Shown piece by piece: positions 17,529-26,432 of a stretch of DNA of 64,000 nt; the first letter of the stretch is position 1; each line of letters starts with the position of its first letter. The stretch is taken from NCBI RefSeq assembly GCF_934202705.1, contig NZ_CAKPYE010000008.1:12528-76527 (forward strand), given 5' to 3'. A program made the position numbers and the translations under genes. Below the pieces are notes generated by a model, which worked only from the letters and a program-made list of their open reading frames with translations, did no database searches and was not told the origin of the DNA. This DNA comes from an uncultured Limosilactobacillus sp. (lineage in GTDB: Bacteria; Bacillota; Bacilli; Lactobacillales; Lactobacillaceae).

Positions 17529-17825
17529 CTTGAATAATCCAGTAGTTGAAGCGATCCCTGTAGGTTGAACACTTTAATTAAGCAAATTTTTCTAAGGCAA
17601 GATTTCGGTTTTTAATCGGCACCTTGTCTTTTAATTTATGCTTGATTCAATCTTAACTGTAATGTTCAATCCACTCTTTCACGGCTTGAAAAAGTTATTT
17701 GGACTTACGTTGCTCCCAGCCTAATTTGTTTAGAGCCTCTATATAAAGTGCTGTTTACGATTATGAAAATTTTCTTTGCACATAAGTTATAATATATTTT
17801 AATTAAATATTTGGAGTAAAACGCA

Positions 17826-18746
17826 ATGAATAAAACTGACTATAAAAGAAGATCTGTTGAGAAAGCAATAGTTATGGCTCTAAGAGATTTGGGTGGCTCA
17901 GCAAGTCGAAAAGTCATTAGAAAATCAATGGCTGACAACGGATACGATGGATTAACCTACGATCAAGTTTTCTATACAAAACGAGGGAAAACAGGCACAT
18001 ATTCTCCTTTTATGTTTGACTTTAATTTTGGAATTAGAAACTTATATACAGTTGGCTATATTGAAAAACCAGAACGTGGGAAAGATATTGTATTAACAAA
18101 TCTCGGACAGAATAACAGTCTTAAAAGTTATCCAACAAAAGAGCAAGAACAAAGAATGGCTGAGTATTGGCACAAAAAAGATCAAGAGCGAGCTGAAAGA
18201 CATGCTTCCAAAGCCAAAATGGATATAAAAGAAAGTGAAGATGCCGCAACGGGGTCGGATGATCAAGAAGACACTGATAATTTAGGATGGAAATCTCAAT
18301 TATTAAATCAATTAATGAAATTTGATCCTGCAAAGTTTGAAAGTTTTTCACGGTTACTGATTTCAAAAATGGGAGTGACTATCGATAAAAAACGTGGGAT
18401 TGTCCGATCTGGAGATCATGGTATTGATGGTTTTGGATACTTTACCTCTGATGAATTTCGAACCAGTCGTGTAGCAATTCAATGTAAAAGGTACACAACT
18501 GGTGCAGTTTCCGAACCTGAAATTGATAAATTTAAAGGGGTAATGGATAGCTTTAATGCTGAATATGGAATTTTCATTACTACTAATTACTTTACGCCAC
18601 GGGCAAGATCTAAGGCGACGCAAGGTAATAACACCGTCACATTAATTGATGGGCAGGAATTAGCTGATCTTGTTGAAAAATATCAATTGCATATTACTCC
18701 TATCACCACATATGCATTAGATGATTATTATTTTGATTTAAAATAG
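17826..18746 (+). CDS. Mrr-like restriction endonuclease (N-terminal winged helix + C-terminal Mrr_cat PD-(D/E)xK domain)
   Basis: 306 aa. GDHGIDGFGYF...VAIQCKRYT...EPEIDKFKGVM...GIFITTNYFTPRA...LIDGQELADL matches the Mrr catalytic-domain pattern. Confidence 0.8.
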   Translation: MNKTDYKRRSVEKAIVMALRDLGGSASRKVIRKSMADNGYDGLTYDQVFYTKRGKTGTYSPFMFDFNFGIRNLYTVGYIEKPERGKDIVLTNLGQNNSLKSYPTKEQEQRMAEYWHKKDQERAERHASKAKMDIKESEDAATGSDDQEDTDNLGWKSQLLNQLMKFDPAKFESFSRLLISKMGVTIDKKRGIVRSGDHGIDGFGYFTSDEFRTSRVAIQCKRYTTGAVSEPEIDKFKGVMDSFNAEYGIFITTNYFTPRARSKATQGNNTVTLIDGQELADLVEKYQLHITPITTYALDDYYFDLK

Positions 18747-18752
18747 GGACTA

Positions 18753-19106
18753 TTGGAAACAGACTATACAACACTCAAACATCGAGAAGATGGTGTCATT
18801 AATCAAGATCCTCTGGGATTACAAAGGGTGTATGTTCAAGTGAAACGTTATGCATCTGACAACTCGGTGGGATGACCTGAGATAGCTGGATTTAGTGGAG
18901 TAATTAAATTGAAACACGCTAATCGTGGTGTGTTTATTACAACTTCTACATTTACAAGCGGAGCTGTACAGGTAGCCAGAGATTTAGATATTACTTTAGT
19001 TGATAGAGAAATGCTAACAAACTTAATGGTGAAGTATGGTGTGGGTGGCGAAGTGAAAAAACAGTATCGTACTTACCGTATTAATGCTGATGACTTTATT
19101 GAATAA
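18753..19106 (+). pseudogene. mrr remnant: 5'-truncated C-terminal Mrr_cat fragment with an in-frame TGA
   Basis: A single frame reads ...EDGVINQDPLGLQRVYVQVKRYASDNSVG*PEIAGFSGVIKLKHANRGVFITTSTFTSGAVQVARDLDITLVDREMLTNLM... The TGA is at 18873-18875, where Mrr proteins have VGRPEI (CGA->TGA). No N-terminal domain; starts right after the stop of 17826..18746. Confidence 0.75.
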
Positions 19107-19172
19107 ATGTGATTAATTTAAAAATACCTTCCATTAATGAATAATTAGAGATCTTCTTTTTAAAGAAAGTGG

Positions 19173-20573
19173 GTGAATTTTATCCGATTTTATAGCATAA
19201 GTAATGGTCAACAAGATCAATTAAAAAATATGGTAAAAAAGGGTCTTCTTGCTTGTTTACCAGATGGAGAACGGTGGATGATTTTATCCCTTAGCCAGAG
19301 TAACAATTCTAAAAGCATTTATGTTTATCTTTATAATGCAGGTAATATTTACCCAATTAGAGTATCTGATCATTCAACTTGGTTTCGATTTGTTGACACA
19401 GAGTATTTTAATATTAAAGTTGACTTAAAATGTGATATTCCATTAGTTGAACAAATAAAAGAACAGTTTGAAATAGCAACTGCTCCAACGGTGAAGCTGG
19501 ATCTTCCAGAATTTTTAATACTAGAAATGGTTTATTCAACCCATGAGGCTTATAATCCGATCGGTATTTTTATTCGTGATAATGGAACTTTAACGATAGA
19601 AAGAACAAATGAGGGTAAACCAGTTGCGATAAATAATTCGAATGTTTATCAAATTTTTGAAAAGTTAATAAAAATTAACTTGATTAAAGTTCATACAAAT
19701 GGCTATTTATCAGTAACTCATAATGGGTTAGATATTTTACGCAAGTATAAACGACTAAGATTAAGATCTTGGCCAAAATCAATTAGAGAGTATGATTGGT
19801 GGTCAACTCTTCATCAAGTATATTTAATTATTGATTCTAAAGGGTCTCATAAAAGTTATAGTAAAAACGCTAAACCAGATTATCATGAAGATTTAGATTA
19901 TTATTACGAATTGTTTAATCTTAAAAAGAATACTTCTACTAAAAAAGAAGGTATTCAAGCTAAGAAAGAATCACCTAAATTATGGAGAACTCAGCTTATT
20001 AATTGTCTAAAGGGCTCATTGCCTTATGGTTCAACCTTAGTTGCTATAACTTCTGTTACAAGAAAAAGAATTATATATGTTCAAATTATGGCTGGTGATC
20101 TTTTATATATGGTATGTTTCAGTTCTGATAGGAAAGAATGTATGGAAGATAGCCCAAACATCTGCATCCTACCAGATAAAATTTCAAATTTAAAAAAGCA
20201 TTTTACTAAAACATTCCCATTATATAATTTCAGGTATACAAAGGTAGATCAAAAATCACTTTTATGGCTTCGTTATTTGCAATTAATTAATGAATCAAAA
20301 AGAGAATATGTAATTAATTTGTCAAAGGAAAATGTGAATATAGAAGACCATAATCATATTTCTAGAGTCCTTCCAAAGCCAGAAGCTAAACGTTATCAAT
20401 TAATGGTTAAATTATGTTGGGTTGATGAATTGAACAATTTGGTTAGTATCTCTGATATTGGTAAACAAATACTTGAAAATTATTCAAAAACAATTATCAA
20501 TAAATCCATGTCTTGGAACTTGCAGATTCAAAGAATGAAACTAAAAACAATAGAGAATCTTTTGAATATATAG
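19173..20573 (+). CDS. hypothetical protein (466 aa) built from two homologous ~200-aa halves
   Basis: Start uncertain (GTG 19173 or ATG 19230). Half 1 LLACLPDGERWMILSLSQSNNSKSIYVYLYNAGNIYPIRVSDH...YQIFEKLIKINLIKVHTNGYLSVTHNGLDILRKY parallels half 2 LKGSLPYGSTLVAITSVTRKRIIYVQIMAGDLLYMVCFSSDR...YQLMVKLCWVDELNNLVSISDIGKQILENY. No family recognised. Confidence 0.6.
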   Translation: MNFIRFYSISNGQQDQLKNMVKKGLLACLPDGERWMILSLSQSNNSKSIYVYLYNAGNIYPIRVSDHSTWFRFVDTEYFNIKVDLKCDIPLVEQIKEQFEIATAPTVKLDLPEFLILEMVYSTHEAYNPIGIFIRDNGTLTIERTNEGKPVAINNSNVYQIFEKLIKINLIKVHTNGYLSVTHNGLDILRKYKRLRLRSWPKSIREYDWWSTLHQVYLIIDSKGSHKSYSKNAKPDYHEDLDYYYELFNLKKNTSTKKEGIQAKKESPKLWRTQLINCLKGSLPYGSTLVAITSVTRKRIIYVQIMAGDLLYMVCFSSDRKECMEDSPNICILPDKISNLKKHFTKTFPLYNFRYTKVDQKSLLWLRYLQLINESKREYVINLSKENVNIEDHNHISRVLPKPEAKRYQLMVKLCWVDELNNLVSISDIGKQILENYSKTIINKSMSWNLQIQRMKLKTIENLLNI

Positions 20574-20585
20574 GAGTTTTAATAA

Positions 20586-21191
20586 ATGATTGTATGGTCA
20601 ATCCAACCTTATGAAGTCTATGAACAATTGCTTACTAAGGGCACTTTCATTTGTGATCCAGCTAAGTCTATAAACTTGCAGAGTGATTTGGAATTCAATG
20701 TTCATGATTTTGAAAATGCCTATAATTGGATGATTAAACAAATGAATCGAAGAATTGGTAATCCTCCGAATGGTGTCACGTTACCTGTTTGGGTTTGGTA
20801 TAAGTATAATTATTCGCATCGTCATCCAGATTTTCGGACATATCGCGACTATGATAATCAAGTTTGCTTAGAGTTGAATATTCCAGAGAATCAAATACTT
20901 TTAAGCGATTATGATAACTGGCACTTTGTTTTAAATGACTGGTATTTAAATGATGCTAAAAGTGATGAAGAATGGCATAAGAAAGATGACTGGTTTGATA
21001 ATTTGTCTCCGCTTAAACAAAAACGAGTGAAAGAAAGATCTTGGCAACGTATATTTGACGTGACACCAAGAAAAGGTGAATGGACACAAAATGGTGCTTT
21101 TGTTCAAGGATGCTGTTGGTATTTTAAGAAAGACCAAATTAGCCATGTTTGGTATTCAAAGAAGGGACAACGTTGTCAGCAGATTTTGTAA
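20586..21191 (+). CDS. hypothetical protein, DUF3841-like (recollection only)
   Basis: 201 aa. SD aggag. 12-nt gap after the 466-aa gene. N-terminus MIVWSIQPYEVYEQLLTKGTFICD resembles the DUF3841 start pattern as remembered. Trp/Tyr-rich. Confidence 0.45.
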   Translation: MIVWSIQPYEVYEQLLTKGTFICDPAKSINLQSDLEFNVHDFENAYNWMIKQMNRRIGNPPNGVTLPVWVWYKYNYSHRHPDFRTYRDYDNQVCLELNIPENQILLSDYDNWHFVLNDWYLNDAKSDEEWHKKDDWFDNLSPLKQKRVKERSWQRIFDVTPRKGEWTQNGAFVQGCCWYFKKDQISHVWYSKKGQRCQQIL

Positions 21192-21224
21192 TTATTATGA
21201 GTGACTTGGCATTAATAATAAAAC

Positions 21225-21265
21225 CCTCATGTTGGAAGTGAACTCCAACATGAGGATTTTATTTT
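21225..21265. terminator. bidirectional Rho-independent terminator at right edge of island
   Basis: 12-bp perfect stem cctcatgttgga (21225-21236) / tccaacatgagg (21244-21255), with an A-run before and a T-rich run after. Confidence 0.85.
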
Positions 21266-21324
21266 GTCGATTCATGAAAACTAACAGAGATCATGATTGC
21301 CTGTCAATCGTTTAATCTCTTATC

Positions 21325-21720
21325 TTAATATACCAGCGGCGCCACTTTCTCCTGCAACCACTTAGCTGCCGCTTTGCTATCAATCCGCGTGAATGGTGCA
21401 GGGTGGATCAGTCGATCATCGACGTTAAAGAGTTTCAGTTGGCCCTTAACTTTAATTGGTTCAATCCAGTAGGAACCGCCTTTGGCAAATGACGCAATTT
21501 TCCATGCGTAGTAAACTCCTTTCGCATCTTCTCGTTGAATAATGTCATAAATTTTTGCCACGCACAGTGCATAACCCGGCACGGTCCCGTGAATTTTCTT
21601 TGCAGTATTACAAATTAGCAGGTCACCGCGGTACGGGGTACTCCAGGTCCGATATTCTTCAATTTTTTGGCCTAACATGATGTCCAAAGCCGCATCGGGC
21701 CGAATCGATAAAGCTTTCAT
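21325..21720 (-). CDS. ASCH (PUA-like) domain protein
   Basis: Track ORF trimmed to ATG 21720 (SD ggggagag). MKALSIRPDAALDIMLGQKIEEYRTWSTPYRGDLLIC is the typical ASCH N-terminal pattern. Confidence 0.65.
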   Translation of the reverse strand: MKALSIRPDAALDIMLGQKIEEYRTWSTPYRGDLLICNTAKKIHGTVPGYALCVAKIYDIIQREDAKGVYYAWKIASFAKGGSYWIEPIKVKGQLKLFNVDDRLIHPAPFTRIDSKAAAKWLQEKVAPLVY

Positions 21721-21847
21721 TGTCTCTCCCCATTTGTCAGTTTTTAAATCATTATAACAAGTTTGCGTCATATCATTACCTTTGTAATCGCTAACAATGT
21801 ATAATAAAAGTGTCTATAAATGTTACCAAATAAGGGAGGCTGACAAA

Positions 21848-22735
21848 ATGGAAATTAAAAATGTTGTTGTTGCCGGGGCTGGAGTGCTCGGTAGTCAGAT
21901 TGCCTTTCAGACTGCACGATGTGGTTTCCAAGTTAAAATTTGGAACCGGCACACTGACCGCGCTGAAAAGCGGCTTGCCAATATTAAAGCACCATTCATG
22001 AAAGATATGCATGCTACTGATGCTGATTATCAAAGGGCAATGGATAACATTGTCGACATCAGCAATGACCTTGCTGCCACGGTCAAGGATGCTGATTTGG
22101 TCATCGAATCGGTTTCGGAATCAGTTGATATCAAAAAGGCCTTCTATCACGACCTTGGCGAAGTTATGCCAGACCACACGATTGTGGCAAGTAATTCGTC
22201 AACGTTTGTCCCGAGCCAATTAGTGAAGTTTACGAACTTCCCCGAACGATTCTTACACATGCACTTTGCTAACCATATTTGGACGCACAATGTTGCCGAA
22301 ATTGTGGGGACGGACCAAACTTTACCAGAAGTAAAGGACGCCATTATTACGTTTGCCCGGGCAATTAAAATGGTACCAGTGGTTTTGAACAAAGAAAATC
22401 ATGGCTATGTCATGAATGCCTTATTGATTCCGCTTTTGAACGCCGCTCAAGCATTATGGGCAAACGGGATTGCTGATCCGCACACCATTGATAAGGACTG
22501 GATGATTTCGAACGGTTCACCAATGGGACCATTTATGATCTTAGACGTGGTGGGTCTCCGAACGGCTTATGAAATTGTTAACAATTCGTACCAACAAACG
22601 AACGATCCACTGGCGAAAAAGATTGCGGATAATCTGAAGAAGATGATTGACGAAGGTCACACCGGGGTTGAATCGGGCCAAGGTTTCTACCATTATCCAA
22701 ATCCTGAATACCAGGATCCTGATTTCTTTAAGTAA
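21848..22735 (+). CDS. 3-hydroxyacyl-CoA (3-hydroxybutyryl-CoA) dehydrogenase family protein
   Basis: ATG 21848 after aagggagg. Rossmann VVVAGAGVLGSQIA. SNSSTF and HFANH motifs plus the C-terminal dimerisation domain pattern. Confidence 0.8.
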   Translation: MEIKNVVVAGAGVLGSQIAFQTARCGFQVKIWNRHTDRAEKRLANIKAPFMKDMHATDADYQRAMDNIVDISNDLAATVKDADLVIESVSESVDIKKAFYHDLGEVMPDHTIVASNSSTFVPSQLVKFTNFPERFLHMHFANHIWTHNVAEIVGTDQTLPEVKDAIITFARAIKMVPVVLNKENHGYVMNALLIPLLNAAQALWANGIADPHTIDKDWMISNGSPMGPFMILDVVGLRTAYEIVNNSYQQTNDPLAKKIADNLKKMIDEGHTGVESGQGFYHYPNPEYQDPDFFK

Positions 22736-22793
22736 CGATCGTTGAACGAAATTAATTTTGATTGCACCAGGTTAAGAGAAAGAAGTGACAATC

Positions 22794-23828
22794 ATGAAGC
22801 AGTATCGCGTGATTATTTGGGGCCTCGGCAATGTTGGTCGGGCTGCAGTTCGGATGATTGGTGAACGCAAGTCAGTTAAACTGGTGGCTGCGGTGGATGT
22901 TGATCCCAATAAAATTGGCAAAGACGCTGCCGGCTTATTTGGCTTCCCCGATATTGGCGTCAAGGTGACTGATGATATTGATGCGGCCCTTAAGCTGGAT
23001 GCCGACTGTGTTCTCGTCTTTACACCATTGCGCCACGATTCAGATACTGGTGCCTTTACCCCAAGTGCCCAGGACATGGTGAAAGTTTTAAATGCCAAGA
23101 AGAACTGTATTACGACAATTCCACTTTATTATTCACAAGTTACTACGCCAAAGCTCTACAAGATGATTAATGATGCAGCAGTTGCCAATGGTGTTTCATT
23201 TATTCCGAGCGGATTGTTGCCGGGCTTCTATGCTTCACATTTGCCATTGTACCTTTGCAACTTAGTGGATCATGTTGATCAATTAACCGTGCAATCGGGT
23301 GAAGATGATCAACGGAACACTTCCAGCTGGGTAAAAGTCTTTGGCTATGGACTGGATCCTGACAAATTCCCTCAAGATAAGCTCAAGGCCGGAATTGCGG
23401 CTTACTACATTGCTGCGGTTTACGAAATGGGTGAACGGCTGGGCTTCAAGTTTGATGATGTCAAAGTCAATCACGAAGTCTTTACTGCGCCAGAAGACCT
23501 GCACCCAGAAGCATTTGGCCTAATTAAGAAGGGTACGATGATGGGTCACCGGTTTACCATGGCTGGTTATGTTGATGGCAAGCCAAAAGTGAGCCTGATC
23601 TATGTTCACAAGATCTGCGATGACATTGTAAAGGAACCAGCAATCGACAACCGGATTACGATTGATGGAATTCCAAAGATTGATGTTGAAGTTCATAACA
23701 TGATCCCGCTTGATGAAAGTTACGTGACTAGTGCTGCACCAGCGGTGGATGCGATTCCGCAGGCTGTTGAAGCAGCACCAGGTTACCAACACCTCTTGGA
23801 TCAACCGACGATGTTGCCACTGAAGTAA
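22794..23828 (+). CDS. NAD(P)-dependent amine dehydrogenase / DapB-N-like oxidoreductase (2,4-diaminopentanoate dehydrogenase-like)
   Basis: MKQYRVIIWGLGNVGRAAVRMI Rossmann start, typical of the DapB-N-terminal amine dehydrogenase family. The precise substrate is unknown. Confidence 0.55.
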   Translation: MKQYRVIIWGLGNVGRAAVRMIGERKSVKLVAAVDVDPNKIGKDAAGLFGFPDIGVKVTDDIDAALKLDADCVLVFTPLRHDSDTGAFTPSAQDMVKVLNAKKNCITTIPLYYSQVTTPKLYKMINDAAVANGVSFIPSGLLPGFYASHLPLYLCNLVDHVDQLTVQSGEDDQRNTSSWVKVFGYGLDPDKFPQDKLKAGIAAYYIAAVYEMGERLGFKFDDVKVNHEVFTAPEDLHPEAFGLIKKGTMMGHRFTMAGYVDGKPKVSLIYVHKICDDIVKEPAIDNRITIDGIPKIDVEVHNMIPLDESYVTSAAPAVDAIPQAVEAAPGYQHLLDQPTMLPLK

Positions 23829-23832
23829 TTTT

Positions 23833-23861
23833 AAAGAGGTTCCTAAATGGAGCCTCTTTTT
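23833..23861 (+). terminator. Rho-independent terminator
   Basis: aaagaggttcc (23833-23843) / ggagcctcttt (23849-23859) plus a T-run. Confidence 0.75.
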
Positions 23862-23935
23862 CATGCTAAATCAGTTGAAAATATTTGAATAAAAAAGAAG
23901 CTGCCCGTGAGCTAGTTGCCCACGGGTGGCTTAAT

Positions 23936-24274
23936 TTAGATCGTCATGCCAAAGAATGCTGTACAAATACCGCCAGCATATGAAAGGATCAAGTATAGCC
24001 AGAAGGCTGTCCATCGTCGTTCATCAATTAAGGAGACTAGTTCTGTATTAAAAGTGGAAAAGGTTGTGTAACCACCGAGGACACCGCTGCCCCAAAATGC
24101 TATTGATGGTTGCGTACTTCCTAAATGGTGAGTTAAGACGCCGAGCAAAAATGATCCGCTTAAATTAATCAAGAGGGTTGCCAACGGCCAATTTAGCTTC
24201 AGTTGTTTGAAGCTGATTGTCATCAGGTAACGGACCAGCGCGCCCAATGAGGCACCAATTCCAACGATGAGCAT
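23936..24274 (-). CDS. crcB: fluoride ion channel CrcB/FluC, paralog 2
   Basis: 112 aa, 4 TM, GGYTTFSTF motif. Start overlaps the stop of the upstream paralog (TAATG). Confidence 0.85.
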   Translation of the reverse strand: MLIVGIGASLGALVRYLMTISFKQLKLNWPLATLLINLSGSFLLGVLTHHLGSTQPSIAFWGSGVLGGYTTFSTFNTELVSLIDERRWTAFWLYLILSYAGGICTAFFGMTI

Positions 24275-24645
24275 TATTCTTCATCCCTCCCTAAGTTTCT
24301 GGCTAGTGCAAACCCCAGTAATGCCATGATGAGACCACCGAACGCACTAATTAGAAAATACATGCCAGCAGTCCAAACTTGGTGTTGAGCCAGTTTGACG
24401 GTGGTCGTTGCAAAAGTTGAGAAGGTGGTAAACGCCCCAATGAAACCGGTGCCTAAACCAGTGCTGAGCCATTCTGAAAAAATCCCCTGTTCGATGATGT
24501 AATAGGTGAGGAAGGCTAATAAAAAACTGCCAAATAAATTTGCAGACAGAATGCCATAAGTACTCCATCCAGTGCTTAACGACCAGCGTGTGCAGCCGCC
24601 TAAGAATGCAAAGACCAGCACACTAATGCAATTTTTGATTTTCAT
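24274..24645 (-). CDS. crcB: fluoride ion channel CrcB/FluC, paralog 1
   Basis: 123 aa, 4 TM, GAFTTFSTF motif. The tandem pair is typical of heterodimeric Fluc in Firmicutes. Confidence 0.85.
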   Translation of the reverse strand: MKIKNCISVLVFAFLGGCTRWSLSTGWSTYGILSANLFGSFLLAFLTYYIIEQGIFSEWLSTGLGTGFIGAFTTFSTFATTTVKLAQHQVWTAGMYFLISAFGGLIMALLGFALARNLGRDEE

Positions 24646-24998
24646 GATCTAATTTCCTTCCTAAAGATAATAAATCTCATCATAGCAAATCGCAGCCGAG
24701 AAAAGCAATGAGCATCATTCGTGATCAAAATTTCATATGAACACTAATAATATTTTAATGTATCAAACGATAACCGTATTTGCTGATTCTGTTAAATGCT
24801 GATAAATCGGATTTGAGCGGATGTTTATCAAAAACAGCCATTAGTATTGAACAAAATAGGCAATTAATTCTATAAAACTATTATTGATGAGCTTGAAAGC
24901 GTTATAATTTAGCGCTACACTTAAAACGAAATTATTAATACTTATTAAGCACTTGATAATTGCATTTTGTCGCACTGCTTACGAGGGAGGAATTAACA

Positions 24999-26432
24999 AT
25001 GAACATTGTTAGTTTAGCGCGTTTCCAGTTTGCAATGACGACCGTTTTCCACTTTTTCTTTGTACCTTTCTCAATTGGAACGGTCTTTGTTGTTGCAATC
25101 ATGGAAAGCATGTATGTTCATACCAAGAATGACCTCTATAAAAAGATGGCAAAATTCTGGGGGAACATTTTTATGTTAAGCTTTGCCGTCGGCGTGGTCA
25201 CCGGACTGATTCAAGAATTCCAATTCGGCATGAACTGGTCAGACTATTCCCGGTTTATGGGGGATATCTTTGGTGCGCCACTGGCGTTTGAAGCTTTACT
25301 GTCATTCTTTATTGAATCGACTTTTATTGGCTTATGGGTCTTTACTTGGGATCGCGTTAAGAAAGGTTTGCACTTATTCTTTATTTGGATGATTGTCTTT
25401 GGGACAATGACCTCCGCGCTTTGGATCCTGACCGCAAACTCATTTATGCAGCACCCAGTTGGCTATACTTTACGGAACGGTCGTGCGGAAATGGCCAGCT
25501 TTGGGGCATTACTCACGAATCCGCAAGTTCTATTTGAACTTAGTCACGTTTTGATGGGGGCATTATTGACCGGCGCGACGATTATTTGTGGCTTGACTGC
25601 TTTCCAACTACTTAAGAAGCGGTCATTATCTGATGAAAACAAACAGATTTACCACAAAACGATGCGGATTGGCCTTTGGTTAATGCTGATCTTCTCACTG
25701 GGGAGCATTACCGCCGGTGACTTGCAAATGCAATACTTAATTAAGGAACAACCAATGAAGTTTGCGGCCACCGAAATGGTTTATAAAACCACAGGTGATA
25801 AGGCCCCGTGGACCGTGGTTGGTGTTGCTAATCCAAAGACTCATAAGGTCTATGGCAACATTGATATTCCAGATATGCTGAGTGTCCTTTCCTATCACAA
25901 GACGACCGGTGCCGTTAAGGGGATGGACGAAGTTAATGCGCAATTAGAAAAGAAGTATGGCACGAAGATTGCTAATCATCAAATGAATTACTATGTTCCA
26001 GTTAATACGCTCTTCTGGAGTTTCCGGGTTATGGCTGGTTTTGGCGCTTTGATGGCCTTAGTAGCTATTGTCGGCTTGATTCTAACGCGACGGGACAAAC
26101 AGACACTTTATGAACATCGTTGGTGTCTATGGGTGATGGCCTTAATGACCTTCACACCGTTCCTGGCAAACACCGCTGGTTGGCTAATTACTGAATTAGG
26201 TCGGGCCCCATGGACGGTCTACGGACTCTTTACCATTGCGCAAAGTGTTTCGCCAGACGTTTCAGTGGCTTCGTTATTAACCTCAAATATTATTTACTTC
26301 TTGTTATTTACCACTTTGGCAATTATTCTGATTGGTTTGATTGTCCGCTTCTTGCGTAATGACCCGGTCGAATACGCGGCTGCGCAAGCTGACAAGAAGG
26401 CAACTGATCCATTTGCAAAGGGGGCCTTTTAA
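24999..26432 (+). CDS. cydA: cytochrome bd quinol oxidase subunit I
   Basis: ATG 24999 after gagggagg. RFQFAMTTVFHFFFVPFSIG and ELGRAPWTVYG (GRQPW-type) motifs. Confidence 0.95.
   Translation: MNIVSLARFQFAMTTVFHFFFVPFSIGTVFVVAIMESMYVHTKNDLYKKMAKFWGNIFMLSFAVGVVTGLIQEFQFGMNWSDYSRFMGDIFGAPLAFEALLSFFIESTFIGLWVFTWDRVKKGLHLFFIWMIVFGTMTSALWILTANSFMQHPVGYTLRNGRAEMASFGALLTNPQVLFELSHVLMGALLTGATIICGLTAFQLLKKRSLSDENKQIYHKTMRIGLWLMLIFSLGSITAGDLQMQYLIKEQPMKFAATEMVYKTTGDKAPWTVVGVANPKTHKVYGNIDIPDMLSVLSYHKTTGAVKGMDEVNAQLEKKYGTKIANHQMNYYVPVNTLFWSFRVMAGFGALMALVAIVGLILTRRDKQTLYEHRWCLWVMALMTFTPFLANTAGWLITELGRAPWTVYGLFTIAQSVSPDVSVASLLTSNIIYFLLFTTLAIILIGLIVRFLRNDPVEYAAAQADKKATDPFAKGAF

Noticed and set aside
24646-24760. 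Fluoride (crcB-motif) riboswitch expected upstream of the crcB pair
   Set aside because: Reading the minus strand, I found a small hairpin (aatga-tgc-tcatt). I did not find the conserved GGCGATGG...TTCGCC P1, the AAACGC segment or the GCTAATGACTCCTAC pseudoknot element. No convincing match.
24894-24907. cre-like site tgaaagcgttataa overlapping the tataat hexamer upstream of cydA
   Set aside because: It fits TGWAANCGNTNNCA except at the strongly conserved C near the 3' end. The -35 for this tataat is also poor. It could be real CcpA control of cyd, but it is too weak to call from the sequence alone.
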